From Nitrospirota bacterium (lineage in GTDB: Bacteria > Nitrospirota > UBA9217), in assembly GCA_963796285.1 (NCBI GenBank), contig CAWCKW010000013.1, positions 288,001 through 352,000 on the forward strand: a DNA stretch of 64,000 bases, given 5' to 3'. Both the position numbers and the translations under genes were made by a program. The notes under the pieces were generated by a model. The model was not told the DNA's origin and did no database searches. It saw only the letters and a program-made list of their open reading frames with translations. This document shows, piece after piece, positions 19,687 to 29,298 of this stretch (position 1 is the first letter of the stretch; each line of letters opens with the position of its first letter).

Positions 19687-20001
19687 ATGAAGACAATGAG
19701 GATCGCAACACTTACTCTGATCGCGGTACTGCTGGTTTCGGGATGTATGTCCGGCGTTATTTACACGCACACATGGCAGCCCTTGACCGTTGATATGGAC
19801 CGTACCAGGGTCGTTTCGACAGGCGGGTCTGGGGATATCAAACATATTGCGATTTACATGGCGAGTGTGGCATGGGACAGCGCCGCGATCGGCGATATCG
19901 CGAAGAAACAAGGGCTCCACGAACTCTATTTTGCCGACCTGGAGACCTTCAGTATTCTGCGCATATGGAACCAGTACACCGTCCACGTGTACGGGCAGTG
20001 A
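19687..20001 (+). CDS. TRL-like family lipoprotein (second paralog)
   Basis: Lipobox VSGC, IYTH, AIGDIAKKQGL, VHVYGQ. Confidence 0.7.
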   Translation: MKTMRIATLTLIAVLLVSGCMSGVIYTHTWQPLTVDMDRTRVVSTGGSGDIKHIAIYMASVAWDSAAIGDIAKKQGLHELYFADLETFSILRIWNQYTVHVYGQ

Positions 20002-20238
20002 ACACGTTTAGCGTCACGAGGCAGCGAGGCGATGGCAATGCCATCACTTCGCTGTTTGAGGCATTGGTGGTAAAAACTAGCCTGCTGTGGATAGGAATTA
20101 TGGCACGAAGGGGAAATCGTCGAACCTGAAGTGAGTAAAAAGGCAGGGAATTACCGATCACGCAGGCGGGAGAAATAAGTTTAATATACGTATCGTTGCT
20201 TAACGGTGGTTTCCCTGATTTGTGTTGACTTATTACCG

Positions 20239-20520
20239 TTACAGCGGAAATCTTTTTTCCCGCGCAATGTTCCGCAGGACGATCATGGCATTGTGCAGAC
20301 GCTGAAGCTTCATGTTCCGACTTCTCAGGGCAGTCTGATCGGTGAAATCCGTCTTTTCGTTCCTTGTGCTGGTAAGCGCCTTGTTCAGGTGCTCGTTCAG
20401 CTCCTTGACCATGTCCTTGTCGAACTTTTTGAGGAAGAGCGGATTCACCGAGATGTAGCCTTCGGCCACGTCCACAGCCACCACCCGCATGCTCTTGCCT
20501 CTGAATCCGCCCTCTGCCAT
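20239..20520 (-). CDS. Hypothetical protein
   Basis: 93-aa ORF directly downstream of 20532..21089 on the same strand. Confidence 0.65.
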   Translation of the reverse strand: MAEGGFRGKSMRVVAVDVAEGYISVNPLFLKKFDKDMVKELNEHLNKALTSTRNEKTDFTDQTALRSRNMKLQRLHNAMIVLRNIAREKRFPL

Positions 20521-20531
20521 AATAACTGCCC

Positions 20532-21089
20532 CTACTTTTTTATTTCAATGGATTTGATCGCATTATTCAGGAGGTCCTGTTTTGTCCGCATCCCCTCTAG
20601 ATGCTTCTTAATTTCATCTATGTCCGCCCCTTGTTGGATTTTTTCCCGGAGCGCCTCGATGTCCGCAAAGAGGTCCGCTGTGGTTTCCCGGATCAGAGCC
20701 TGAGAGCTCCTGCTGCAATCACACAGACGGGAGATGGTCGTGACCAGTTCCTTAAGCATAGGATCGTCCGAGTCCCGCAGCCGCAGGGAAATGTTGGTGT
20801 CTCCTACCGCTAAATGCTCGAGTGCCCTGCGTATCCGCCGCAGAGGACCGACGAAGGAGTGGGAATACATCGTGCCTGCAACGCCGATGAAGAATAAAAG
20901 GGTAATAAGGGCGATGGGGAGAAATACGGGAAGTTGCACGATCTCGGCGAGTTTCTGGAAAACCTTCAGCAGAACGGTGTAGACGCCTAGAATAACAAGG
21001 AGGAAAAGAATGAAGCGATACTGCGGGCCTGCTGCGCTCAGATAGCCCTTGCCCCTGCTTAACAAATGTCTCTTCCCGATCATCGGCAT
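20532..21089 (-). CDS. Membrane protein with HAMP-like/coiled-coil region
   Basis: Two TM helices, then SHSFVGPLRRIRRALEHLAVGD...LRLRDSD and a coiled coil. Confidence 0.7.
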   Translation of the reverse strand: MPMIGKRHLLSRGKGYLSAAGPQYRFILFLLVILGVYTVLLKVFQKLAEIVQLPVFLPIALITLLFFIGVAGTMYSHSFVGPLRRIRRALEHLAVGDTNISLRLRDSDDPMLKELVTTISRLCDCSRSSQALIRETTADLFADIEALREKIQQGADIDEIKKHLEGMRTKQDLLNNAIKSIEIKK

Positions 21090-21277
21090 ACGCTCACAGC
21101 ACCTTTATCGATACTTCACACCACTGATGAGATTTCAAACAATCACAGCCTGCTCACTGCAACAATGGTCTGATTATACTGATAAATGTCCGGCCGGTCA
21201 AGGCCATATTTGGCGGCTCTCCCGGCCGGCGCGAATTACCCCTTGAAGAACGCACGGTACTATGGTAGTGTTTCTTC

Positions 21278-22267
21278 ATGCCGCTCTACGACCAGCACAA
21301 ACGACGCATCGACTATCTTCGCATTTCGGTCACCGACCGGTGCAACCTCTCCTGTGTCTACTGTAAGCCCCGGTCCGGAATGAAGGTACTGCGCCACAGT
21401 GAGATCCTCACCTACGAAGAGATTTGCCGCCTCGTTGCCCTTGCCGTACGGCTCGGGATCACCCGAGTGCGGGTGACCGGCGGCGAGCCCCTGGTCAGGC
21501 GCGGGATCATCGATTTCATAGCATCGCTATATTCCCAGGAAGGACTGGAGGACATCAGCATTACCACGAATGGTGTACTGCTTGAGGAAATGGCGGATGG
21601 CCTGATAAAGGCCGGAAAACCGCGGCTCAACATCAGCCTTGATTCGCTCAATCCGCACAAGTTCCGGACGATCACCGGCAGCGATAATTATGAGCAGGTA
21701 TGGCGCGGGATCAACCGGGCAGAGGAACTCGGTTTTTTCCCGCTCAAGATCAACATGGTGCCGGTACGAGGCATGAACGACAATGAGGTTGCAGACTTTG
21801 CGCGGCTTACACTCAACCGGCGGATTCACGTTCGCTTCATAGAATTCATGCCCATCGGCGCTGATGACCGCTGGCACAGGGAATCCTGCGTTCCAGCCAG
21901 CGAGATCCGGTCAGTCATCGAACGAGAGGTCGGCCCGCTCACGCCGTTCACCTCGGGGAACTCCGCAGGCCCGTCTGACAATTACCAGCTCCCTAATGCG
22001 CGCGGGGTGATCGGATTCATCAGCCCCATCACCCGGCATTTTTGCGGATCCTGCAGGCGCCTCCGCCTCACGGCGGACGGGAAGATCAGGCCCTGCCTGC
22101 TTTCGGACTCGGAGATCGACATAAAGTCGCCCTTGCGCGGAGGATGCGATGATGCTGAGCTGGAGAGGCTGTTCAGGCTCGCGCTCGAGATCAAGCCCGA
22201 CAGGCATTATATCAATGAAACCGGACCGGGTTGCTTCCAACGAACCATGTCGAGAATAGGAGGATAA
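21278..22267 (+). CDS. moaA: GTP 3',8-cyclase
   Basis: LRISVTDRCNLSCVYC, TGGEPL, FCGSCRRLRLTADG...PCL, C-terminal MSRIGG. Confidence 0.96.
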   Translation: MPLYDQHKRRIDYLRISVTDRCNLSCVYCKPRSGMKVLRHSEILTYEEICRLVALAVRLGITRVRVTGGEPLVRRGIIDFIASLYSQEGLEDISITTNGVLLEEMADGLIKAGKPRLNISLDSLNPHKFRTITGSDNYEQVWRGINRAEELGFFPLKINMVPVRGMNDNEVADFARLTLNRRIHVRFIEFMPIGADDRWHRESCVPASEIRSVIEREVGPLTPFTSGNSAGPSDNYQLPNARGVIGFISPITRHFCGSCRRLRLTADGKIRPCLLSDSEIDIKSPLRGGCDDAELERLFRLALEIKPDRHYINETGPGCFQRTMSRIGG

Positions 22268-22271
22268 GAAG

Positions 22272-22380
22272 GACAAATTCCAAATCCCAAACTCCAAGCA
22301 ACAAATAAGCACTGGTAACAAAACACCATGCTCCGGTTTGGTTATTGTAATTTGGTATTTGCGATTTGATATTTCATTTA
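22272..22380. repeat. AAATTCCAAA-type heptamer palindromic array
   Basis: CAAATTCCAAATCCCAAACTCCAAGCAACAAATAA ... TTTGGTTATTGTAATTTGGTATTTGCGATTTGATATTT. Confidence 0.7.
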
Positions 22381-22383
22381 ACT

Positions 22384-22863
22384 ATGTCTAAACTTACCCA
22401 TTTCGATAAAGAAGGCGCCGCGCGAATGGTGGACATTACCTCCAAAGATGAAACAGCCCGGGAAGCTGTGGCGGAAGGCCGCGTCTTCATGCAACCCGAG
22501 ACACTTGCGCTTATCCTCGACCGCAAGGTCGTCAAAGGCGACGTTTTTTCCGTGGCACGCATTGCAGGAATCATGGCCGCAAAAAAAACCCCGGACCTCA
22601 TCCCCCTCTGCCATCCCCTGAATGTCTCGTCCGTCAACATAGACTTCGAGCCGGACAAGGAACGGTCGTGCGTGCTGGTCCGCGCCACGGTCAGGATCTT
22701 CGGCAGGACCGGCGTGGAAATGGAGACGCTCGTAGCGGTCGCCGCAGCGGCGCTCACGATCTACGATATGTGCAAATCGACGGATCGCTCGATGACCATT
22801 TCAGATATCCGGCTGATGAAAAAATCAGGCGGCAAGAGTGGGACGTTTGAGAGAATAAAATGA
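22384..22863 (+). CDS. moaC: Cyclic pyranopterin monophosphate synthase
   Basis: [37 protein letters not shown]. Confidence 0.96.
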   Translation: MSKLTHFDKEGAARMVDITSKDETAREAVAEGRVFMQPETLALILDRKVVKGDVFSVARIAGIMAAKKTPDLIPLCHPLNVSSVNIDFEPDKERSCVLVRATVRIFGRTGVEMETLVAVAAAALTIYDMCKSTDRSMTISDIRLMKKSGGKSGTFERIK

Positions 22864-23203
22864 CGGGACTACAGGGAATCCTGTGGGCAAAGACAATGCA
22901 TCGTGCATAATTACAACGGCACCGGAAGCCGTTCTATCGAATTCAAGCATTTTGTGCAGATTTCGGAAGATAGAGCGGCAAATCATTCCGCTGCATTCCA
23001 ACCGACAATCCCGGGTAATCTTCCACACAGCGACCTCCTGAAATCGTACTTATGCTGGGCTGTATATACTTTAATCCGATATCGGAGTCGTTCCCAAAAA
23101 CATAGTCGCAGACACTCGTCAAGACATGGCTTTTTGCCCTTGACAACATCCTGCCAATGGGTGACCCATGATGTATTCCGGGGACAAGTCTTCCTGACTA
23201 ATG

Positions 23204-23234
23204 AAAAGCCCGCTCCAGGTGAGAGCGGGCTTTC
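23204..23234. terminator. Probable bidirectional terminator
   Basis: AAAGCCCGCTC-caggtga-GAGCGGGCTTT between convergent genes. Confidence 0.7.
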
Positions 23235-23287
23235 GTTCGGGAAAAGGTAAAGCTCGGAGCATCGCAATGCCTTAGCTGCTCATGCTC

Positions 23288-23908
23288 CTAAGACTTAAAG
23301 AAGCCTTTCTTCGGTTTCGGCTCCTTATACATGAAGAAACTCTTATTCGGCTTCGGCTCCTCTTTTTGTTCGGGTTTTTGTTCCGGCCCGGGCAACCGTA
23401 CCGCTTCGGCACCATCACGAGTGATTTTGCCTTCCATCTTCGCTCCCTTTTGAATGTAGAGCGCCTCCTTGTACAAAACCTCCCCCTTGCCTCGCGCTGC
23501 GGCCCCGAGCTCCACCTCGTTGCTCTCAAGGCTGCCGGTGAACTCGCCGTTGATATGGATCTTGTCTTTTGCCTGAATCTTGCCGCCGAGAAACTTGCCG
23601 GTCACCTTCACGTACCCTCCGGCGCTGATATTCCCTCCGCTCATTTCGCCGTCGATCTCGACGCTGCCGCCCTTGGCATCGATGTCCCCCTTGTAAGTCC
23701 CTTTGATGAAGATGCTGGCATTGTTCTCGGCAGTGATATTCCCCTCGAGGTCGCCGTTCATCTGAAGGTCCTGGCTGACGACCATGTTGCCCGTAACCTT
23801 GCTTCCCTTGCATATCGTGTTAATTCCCTGCTCGTCGGTTTTAACCGCGCTCGCCAAGACATTCTTCTCCGCTACATTGACCTCGATCATCTCTTCCTGT
23901 TTTAGCAT
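23288..23908 (-). CDS. Bactofilin (polymer-forming cytoskeletal protein), extended
   Basis: Repeated IxGxxxGxI beta-solenoid turns, GEVLYKEALYIQKGAKMEG. Confidence 0.8.
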   Translation of the reverse strand: MLKQEEMIEVNVAEKNVLASAVKTDEQGINTICKGSKVTGNMVVSQDLQMNGDLEGNITAENNASIFIKGTYKGDIDAKGGSVEIDGEMSGGNISAGGYVKVTGKFLGGKIQAKDKIHINGEFTGSLESNEVELGAAARGKGEVLYKEALYIQKGAKMEGKITRDGAEAVRLPGPEQKPEQKEEPKPNKSFFMYKEPKPKKGFFKS

Positions 23909-24221
23909 CTTTTGTCCTCCGATATCCGTATTCGAATGGACGGCCGGTTACGCCGCCATATCGTGCCAGCCTGCGTCTTACAAGGAACCTGCCTGTTCGT
24001 TCAGGGTAATTGTATCCGATTGAATGAAAATAGTCTGTGATCAATATCACCTTGCGGATCCTCTTAATTTCGTAGCTGCATGGTTTATCCCTCGTTGAAA
24101 TGACTGGCGGCTTTTTTTGAGCACTCCATCGCTCTTCTCTCCTATTTGCTACTCTATCATTGAGACTGCCTGTTGACTTTGTTGCCTGCGATATATCCCG
24201 GCTAAGCTTACCCTCAAACGT

Positions 24222-24251
24222 AACAAGGCAAGCCATTCGGCCTGCCTTGTT
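24222..24251 (-). terminator. Hairpin downstream of the S1 gene
   Basis: AACAAGGCAAGCC-attc-GGCCTGCCTTGTT. Confidence 0.5.
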
Positions 24252-24335
24252 TGATCATACTATCTATCGTCAGTTTTCCCGTTTCTTCGGACCCAAACCT
24301 CTCCGAACCGAAACCGAGTCTGCCTGTCCGAAACC

Positions 24336-25544
24336 CTACTTCCCTTTTTGCCCAGTCTTCGTCTTCAGCATTTCTCCCAGTGTCCCCATGGTCTGCGGCT
24401 CTTCCGTCACCTGCTGTTTGTACTCCTTCAGGGTTTCGGCTTCCTCTTCCTCTGCTCGTCTGATCTCCGCCAGGACAAGCGAAATCTTTCTCTGTGCCCG
24501 GTCAACCGCTTCCACCTGCACCTCGACGCTCTGTCCTTCTTTCAGCACCTCCCGGGGATGGTTGATCCTTCTGCCTGCGCCCATCTTCGAAATATGGATG
24601 AGTCCGTCCACACCCTCCTTCAGGGTAACGAACGCACCGAAAGCTGCAAGTCGGGAGACGATCCCGGTGTGGTAAGATCCGACGAGAAAGGCGTCCGAAA
24701 CAAGGTCCCACGGATCCGGCAGCGTGTCTTTCAGGCTGAACGAGAATCGATCGCTCTCCCAATCCAGCTTCTTGATGATCACTTCGACTTCCTGGCCGAC
24801 CGAGAGAAGGTCGCCGACATTCTCGGTCCTGGTCCAGGCGATCTCGGAAACAGGAAGCAGTCCTTCCACACCGCCGATATCCACAAACGCACCGAACTTC
24901 TGAATAGAGGTCACCTTCCCCCTTACCTTCGCGCCCTCTTGAAGCGTTTTTTTCAATTCCTCTTTTCTGTCCCGTTTCTCCTGGTCCAGGATGGCCCTCC
25001 GGGAAAGAACGATGTTCCTTCCGCCTTCTTCGTATTCGGCAATATTGAACGGGAGGGTTTTGCCGATGAACTCGGCCTGGTTTTCGTTCCGTCGCATTCC
25101 CGTCTGGGAAAAGGGGCAAAAGGCGCGCACGCTTCCTCCGAGCTTGACCTCAAAGCCGCCCTTCACTTCCTTCACGATCGTTCCATCCACCGGCAACTTG
25201 TTCCTCCAGGCATCTTCAAACTGGCTCTGCTTGCCCGGACCCGATCCGATCTTGGTCGTAAAATGCATTTCATTATTTTCCGAGGACAGAAAATAAGCGC
25301 GGACCCGATCACCTTCTTTAACTTTCAAGTTCCCGGTCTCATCGAGCATCTCTTTTTTCTCGAGATAGCCCTCACCCTTGCCGCCGAGATCGAGGAAAAT
25401 CCAGTCCCCCGATATCTTGACAATGATGGTTTCGACCATCTGTCCGGCTTCAAGCCTGCTACGCTGCACAAAGCTCTTTTCGAACATTTCCGCGAAGCTC
25501 TCTTCGCCGCTTGCTGCGTCTGCTGCCTGATTATCGGTATCCAT
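24336..25544 (-). CDS. rpsA: 30S ribosomal protein S1-like protein (short, ~4 S1 domains)
   Basis: ESFAEMFEKS, VKGGFEV, FGAFVDIGGVEGLL, FGAFVTLKEGVDGLIHIS. Confidence 0.82.
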   Translation of the reverse strand: MDTDNQAADAASGEESFAEMFEKSFVQRSRLEAGQMVETIIVKISGDWIFLDLGGKGEGYLEKKEMLDETGNLKVKEGDRVRAYFLSSENNEMHFTTKIGSGPGKQSQFEDAWRNKLPVDGTIVKEVKGGFEVKLGGSVRAFCPFSQTGMRRNENQAEFIGKTLPFNIAEYEEGGRNIVLSRRAILDQEKRDRKEELKKTLQEGAKVRGKVTSIQKFGAFVDIGGVEGLLPVSEIAWTRTENVGDLLSVGQEVEVIIKKLDWESDRFSFSLKDTLPDPWDLVSDAFLVGSYHTGIVSRLAAFGAFVTLKEGVDGLIHISKMGAGRRINHPREVLKEGQSVEVQVEAVDRAQRKISLVLAEIRRAEEEEAETLKEYKQQVTEEPQTMGTLGEMLKTKTGQKGK

Positions 25545-25647
25545 AAAGTCCCCTTGTACTATTATTTTTTCTTCTCGAAGATATCTCAGATTTCGTGGAT
25601 TTTCTCTGCGTCAATCCGTGGTTCGATGGTTCGTGCTTTTTTCCACA

Positions 25648-27006
25648 TCACCGGCTGTACCTATCTTGTCTCCCTGGTTGCATACTCCCGTCTTCTGCTT
25701 TTCCCATCAGATCATACTCCGTAGCATCGGTGATCGTCGCCTCGACGAAATCGCCGGGCCTGGCCTCGGTCTCTGATAGATATACCACACCGTCGATCTC
25801 AGGCGCCTGGGTCTGAAGCCTGCCGATGAGCGCCAGGTCCTCCATGCCGTCAATGAGCACGCGCTGGCTCGTTCCGATTAGCGCCTTGTTCTTCCTCAGC
25901 GATATCTTCGCCTGGGCCTTCATGATCCTGTCGAGCCGATCTGCCGCAAGCGCTGCCGGGACCTGCGATTTCAGTTCAAAAGCTGCCGTACCTTCTTCAG
26001 GTGAATAGGTGAACACGCCGAGATGCTCGAATTCCACTTCCTTGATGAACGATAGCAGCCGCTTGAACGCGGCATCGGTCTCGCCGGGGAAACCGACAAT
26101 AAGCGACGTGCGGAGCGCGATGCCGGGCACCCGCTTTCTGAGTTGCTCGATGGTCTTCCGAATCTCTTCCGGCGTCCCGCGCCGGTTCATTGCCGCAAGC
26201 ACCTTTTCGTCAAAGTGCTGGATCGGGATGTCGAGATACTTGCAAATCTTCTCTTCCTCCGCCATGACCGACATCAGCGCAGTGCTGATCCTGCCGGGAT
26301 AGGCGTACATCAGGCGCACCCATACGATACCGTTAATGTTCGTCAGTGCTTTCAGGAGTATCGGGAGATCCGTTTCCCCGTCCCGGTAAGCGGTGGAATC
26401 CTGGGCCAGGAGGATGAGCTCTTTCGCTCCATCGTCGGCAAGCCTCCGCGCCTCATCCAGGATGGACTCGCTGGGCCGGCTGGTGAAGTTCCCGCGGATA
26501 ATGGGAATGGCGCAGAACGAACATCGGTTGCTGCATCCCTCGGCGATCTTGAGGTAGCGGTAGTGGGCCGGCGTGGTGCTGACGCGAGGAAGGCCATAGA
26601 CCATCGCCGGCGCGGATATTTTCAACAGACGCTCTTTGCCCGAGAGAGCCTCTTCGCAGATCTCGCTGATCCGGCTGATCTCTCCGGTGCCGATCACGAC
26701 ATCGGCCTCGGGAAGCTCCTGTAACAGGTCCTCTTTATACCGCTGGGCAAGGCAGCCCGCGATGATGACCTTCGAGCATTTCCCCTGTTGTTTCATTCTC
26801 GCGGCCTCGAAGATCGCTTCGATGGATTCTTCCTTGGCCGATTCAATGAACCCGCAGGTGTTCACCACGATCACGTCCGCCTCGGTCTGCTCGGAAGTTA
26901 TTTCGAAACCGGACCCGGCGAGCATGCCGAGCATCTGCTCGGCATCCACCTGGTTCTTGGGACAGCCGAGGCTGACCATTCCTATTTTATATGGTTTCTT
27001 TGTCAC
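25648..27006 (-). CDS. rimO: Ribosomal protein S12 methylthiotransferase
   Basis: SLGCPKNQVDAE, NTCGFI, KIAEGCSNRCSFCAIP, TRAM domain with APEIDG; start (GTG 27006) approximate. Confidence 0.95.
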   Translation of the reverse strand: MTKKPYKIGMVSLGCPKNQVDAEQMLGMLAGSGFEITSEQTEADVIVVNTCGFIESAKEESIEAIFEAARMKQQGKCSKVIIAGCLAQRYKEDLLQELPEADVVIGTGEISRISEICEEALSGKERLLKISAPAMVYGLPRVSTTPAHYRYLKIAEGCSNRCSFCAIPIIRGNFTSRPSESILDEARRLADDGAKELILLAQDSTAYRDGETDLPILLKALTNINGIVWVRLMYAYPGRISTALMSVMAEEEKICKYLDIPIQHFDEKVLAAMNRRGTPEEIRKTIEQLRKRVPGIALRTSLIVGFPGETDAAFKRLLSFIKEVEFEHLGVFTYSPEEGTAAFELKSQVPAALAADRLDRIMKAQAKISLRKNKALIGTSQRVLIDGMEDLALIGRLQTQAPEIDGVVYLSETEARPGDFVEATITDATEYDLMGKAEDGSMQPGRQDRYSR

Positions 27007-27106
27007 GGATCTGAAGATGCACGAAAGCGCAGATAAACTCAAACAGGAGCGATTACTGCGGCGACGACACTATACCACTCGGCGCCGGCGCGGACAATGG
27101 AAAAAA

Positions 27107-27565
27107 CTAAAACCCGACGCTCAAGGCCAGAAAACCCGCCATTTTTTCATTGGTCTCCCGCAAACGCTTCGAAAGAGTCTCCGTGAATGTCCAGAGCAGC
27201 TTAAACCCGAGTTCATGGTCCATGTTCAGTACATAGTCCAATTCCGTTTTGTCGATCGCAAGGACCTCGATGTCTGTGTTGGCGATGGCATGCGCAGAGC
27301 GGGGGAAATTATCGATCAAGGCCATCTCGCCGAAATAGTCGCCCGCCTTCAGTACCGCCAGGGCCTCCTCGCCGATGTTCGGAATGAACTTGCTGATGCG
27401 CACCGCCCCCTTGGTGAGGAGATAACACCGGTTGCCGAGGTCGCCTTCGTGGAACAAAATCGCGTCCTTGGCGTGCGTTTCCATAATGCAGATATCCTGG
27501 ATTTTTTCCAGTTCCCGCTCAGTGAGAGTATCGAACAGGTGTATTTTCCTGAGAAGTTCTCTCAT
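27107..27565 (-). CDS. Cyclic nucleotide-binding domain protein
   Basis: LFHEGDLG, GDYFGEMALIDNFPRSA; GGAGGG RBS before ATG 27565. Confidence 0.88.
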   Translation of the reverse strand: MRELLRKIHLFDTLTERELEKIQDICIMETHAKDAILFHEGDLGNRCYLLTKGAVRISKFIPNIGEEALAVLKAGDYFGEMALIDNFPRSAHAIANTDIEVLAIDKTELDYVLNMDHELGFKLLWTFTETLSKRLRETNEKMAGFLALSVGF

Positions 27566-27575
27566 ATTCCCTCCG

Positions 27576-27950
27576 CTACAGGTGCGTACGGTCCATCTCG
27601 AATGCGTTCTTGATGAGTTCCACTTCTTTTTCCGCTGCCGTGGTGATAGCCACCACATCGAACCTGCACGGGACCTGGTGGAGCTTCTTATATTTGATAT
27701 ACCCGAGCGCCGCCTTGACCATCCGCTGCTGCTTCCGGGGATTGACCGCAAGTTCCGGCGCGCCAAAGGCGCTACTCGTTCTCGTTTTTACCTCAACAAA
27801 CACCACAGCTCCGTCATGCAGGGCGATAAGATCGATCTCGCCGCTTCGGGTACGGTAGTTCCGTTCTATGATCCGATATCCCTGTTTCATCAGAAACCGT
27901 GCGGCCTGGTCCTCGCCTTCCTTGCCGAGAAGCTTTGTTAGCAGGCTCAA
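27576..27950 (-). CDS. yraN: YraN family putative endonuclease
   Basis: GKEGEDQAARFL, NYRTRSGEIDLI, FVEVKTR, RFDVVAI. Confidence 0.93.
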   Translation of the reverse strand: MSLLTKLLGKEGEDQAARFLMKQGYRIIERNYRTRSGEIDLIALHDGAVVFVEVKTRTSSAFGAPELAVNPRKQQRMVKAALGYIKYKKLHQVPCRFDVVAITTAAEKEVELIKNAFEMDRTHL

Positions 27951-28636
27951 CGGGTCTCTCCCTTGAGCATCCGGGCGACGGGATTGAACGTCTTGCGATG
28001 CGCATCACAGGGGCCGTGTTCTTGCAGAAGCAAGAGATGCTCCTTTGTGCCATAGCCTTTATGTTTTTGAAAATTATAGTGGGGATATTTTTGATGGAGT
28101 TCCTGCATCATCCGGTCCCGGGTCACCTTGGCAAGAATAGACGCTGCTGCGATGGAATGGCTGCGGCGGTCACCCTTAATGATCGGCTTTTGCGGAAGCG
28201 GAACGCGCGGGAGGGAAATTGCATCAAGGAGCAGGTAATCGGGTTGCGGGTTGAGCATTAGAAGCGCCCGCTCCATGGCAATGACGGTCGCCTGAAGGAT
28301 GTTCACAAGGTCAATCGTCCGCTCATCGGCAACGCCGACGCCGTAGCAGATCGCCTCGCTTCGTATCACCTCGAAAAGCCTCTCCCGCTCTTCTTCAGGG
28401 ACCTGTTTGGAATCAGTGAGCCCCGGAATCAGCAGTCCGTCGGGCAGCACCACGGCGGCGGCTACCACCGGACCGGCCAGCGGCCCCCTGCCGGCCTCAT
28501 CCAGCCCCGCGATACGCCTATACCCGTCCTCGCGCGAGCTCCGTTCGAAGGACAGGGGGTCACACTCCAGTTCGCTGAACAAATCAGCAGTGCGGTCTGG
28601 ATGAGGTTCTCGCAGGCGTGACCGTCCATGAGGCAT
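27947..28636 (-). CDS. rnhB: Ribonuclease HII
   Basis: GLDEAGRGPLAGPVVAAAV, DSKQ, IAAASILAKVTRD, HKGYGT. Confidence 0.96.
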   Translation of the reverse strand: MPHGRSRLREPHPDRTADLFSELECDPLSFERSSREDGYRRIAGLDEAGRGPLAGPVVAAAVVLPDGLLIPGLTDSKQVPEEERERLFEVIRSEAICYGVGVADERTIDLVNILQATVIAMERALLMLNPQPDYLLLDAISLPRVPLPQKPIIKGDRRSHSIAAASILAKVTRDRMMQELHQKYPHYNFQKHKGYGTKEHLLLLQEHGPCDAHRKTFNPVARMLKGETR

Positions 28637-28651
28637 AGCGACCTAACATAA

Positions 28652-28770
28652 TAAAATTCCAAACAACAAATCCCAAATCTCAAATAATTTCCAATTTTCA
28701 CGTGCTGGAAATGCGTATTTGTCGTTCGGGATTTATCTGGAGCTTGCTGTTTGGGATGTGGATCTTGATA
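28652..28770. repeat. AAATTCCAAA-type heptamer palindromic array
   Basis: AAATTCCAAACAACAAATCCCAAATCTCAAATAATTTCCAA ... TTCGGGATTTATCTGGAGCTTGCTGTTTGGGATGTGGATCTT. Confidence 0.7.
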
Positions 28771-28772
28771 TC

Positions 28773-29168
28773 TTACTTCTGCTCTGTTGGCTCGACCTGC
28801 GTTGCGCCGGCCACAGCTGCATACACGCGCTCTTTCTCTTTGATCCTGGCTGCCTTGCCGCGCAGCTCTCTCAGGAAATAGAGCTTTGCACGGCGGACTT
28901 TGCCTTGCTTGGCGATCTCGATCTTGTCGATCATTGGAGAGTGGGTTGGAAAGAGCCTCTCGACACCCACGCCATAGGACAACTTCCGGACCCGGATGAG
29001 CTCGCGCGCGCCCGCGCCCTGGCGGCCGATGAGCACGCCCTCGTAGACCTGGATCCTTTCTTTATCTCCTTCCACCACCTTCGTATGAACGCGGATGGTA
29101 TCACCCACGCGGAAGTTCGGGATCACTTCTTTTAACTGCGCCTTTTCCAACGATTGTATGATGTTCAT
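28773..29168 (-). CDS. rplS: 50S ribosomal protein L19
   Basis: [38 protein letters not shown]. Confidence 0.97.
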   Translation of the reverse strand: MNIIQSLEKAQLKEVIPNFRVGDTIRVHTKVVEGDKERIQVYEGVLIGRQGAGARELIRVRKLSYGVGVERLFPTHSPMIDKIEIAKQGKVRRAKLYFLRELRGKAARIKEKERVYAAVAGATQVEPTEQK

Positions 29169-29184
29169 GGTAACCCTCCTGCTT

Positions 29185-29298
29185 TAAATTCCAAAGTGCA
29201 AATTCCAAATCACAAATAAATTCCAAGCTACACTGTTAGATGTCCTGGAATTCTGTTTATTGGAGCTTAATGGTAACGTGGTGCTTGATCATTGGTGC
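29185..29298. repeat. AAATTCCAAA-type heptamer palindromic array
   Basis: AAATTCCAAAGTGCAAATTCCAAATCACAAATAAATTCCAA ... TTGGAGCTTAATGGTAACGTGGTGCTTGATCATTGGTGC. Confidence 0.7.

Noticed and set aside
20100-20130. tRNA-3'-like string on the minus strand (CAGGTTCGA...GTGCCA)
   Set aside because: The T-stem does not pair and no cloverleaf can be built.
23110-23200. Hairpins downstream of moaC as a Moco or c-di-GMP riboswitch
   Set aside because: They lie between convergent genes and lack the consensus motifs; an unknown sRNA cannot be excluded but is unsupported.
24100-24135. Fluoride-riboswitch-like start GAGCGATGGAGTGCTC on the minus strand
   Set aside because: The downstream conserved pseudoknot segment is not seen, and the downstream gene is a bactofilin.
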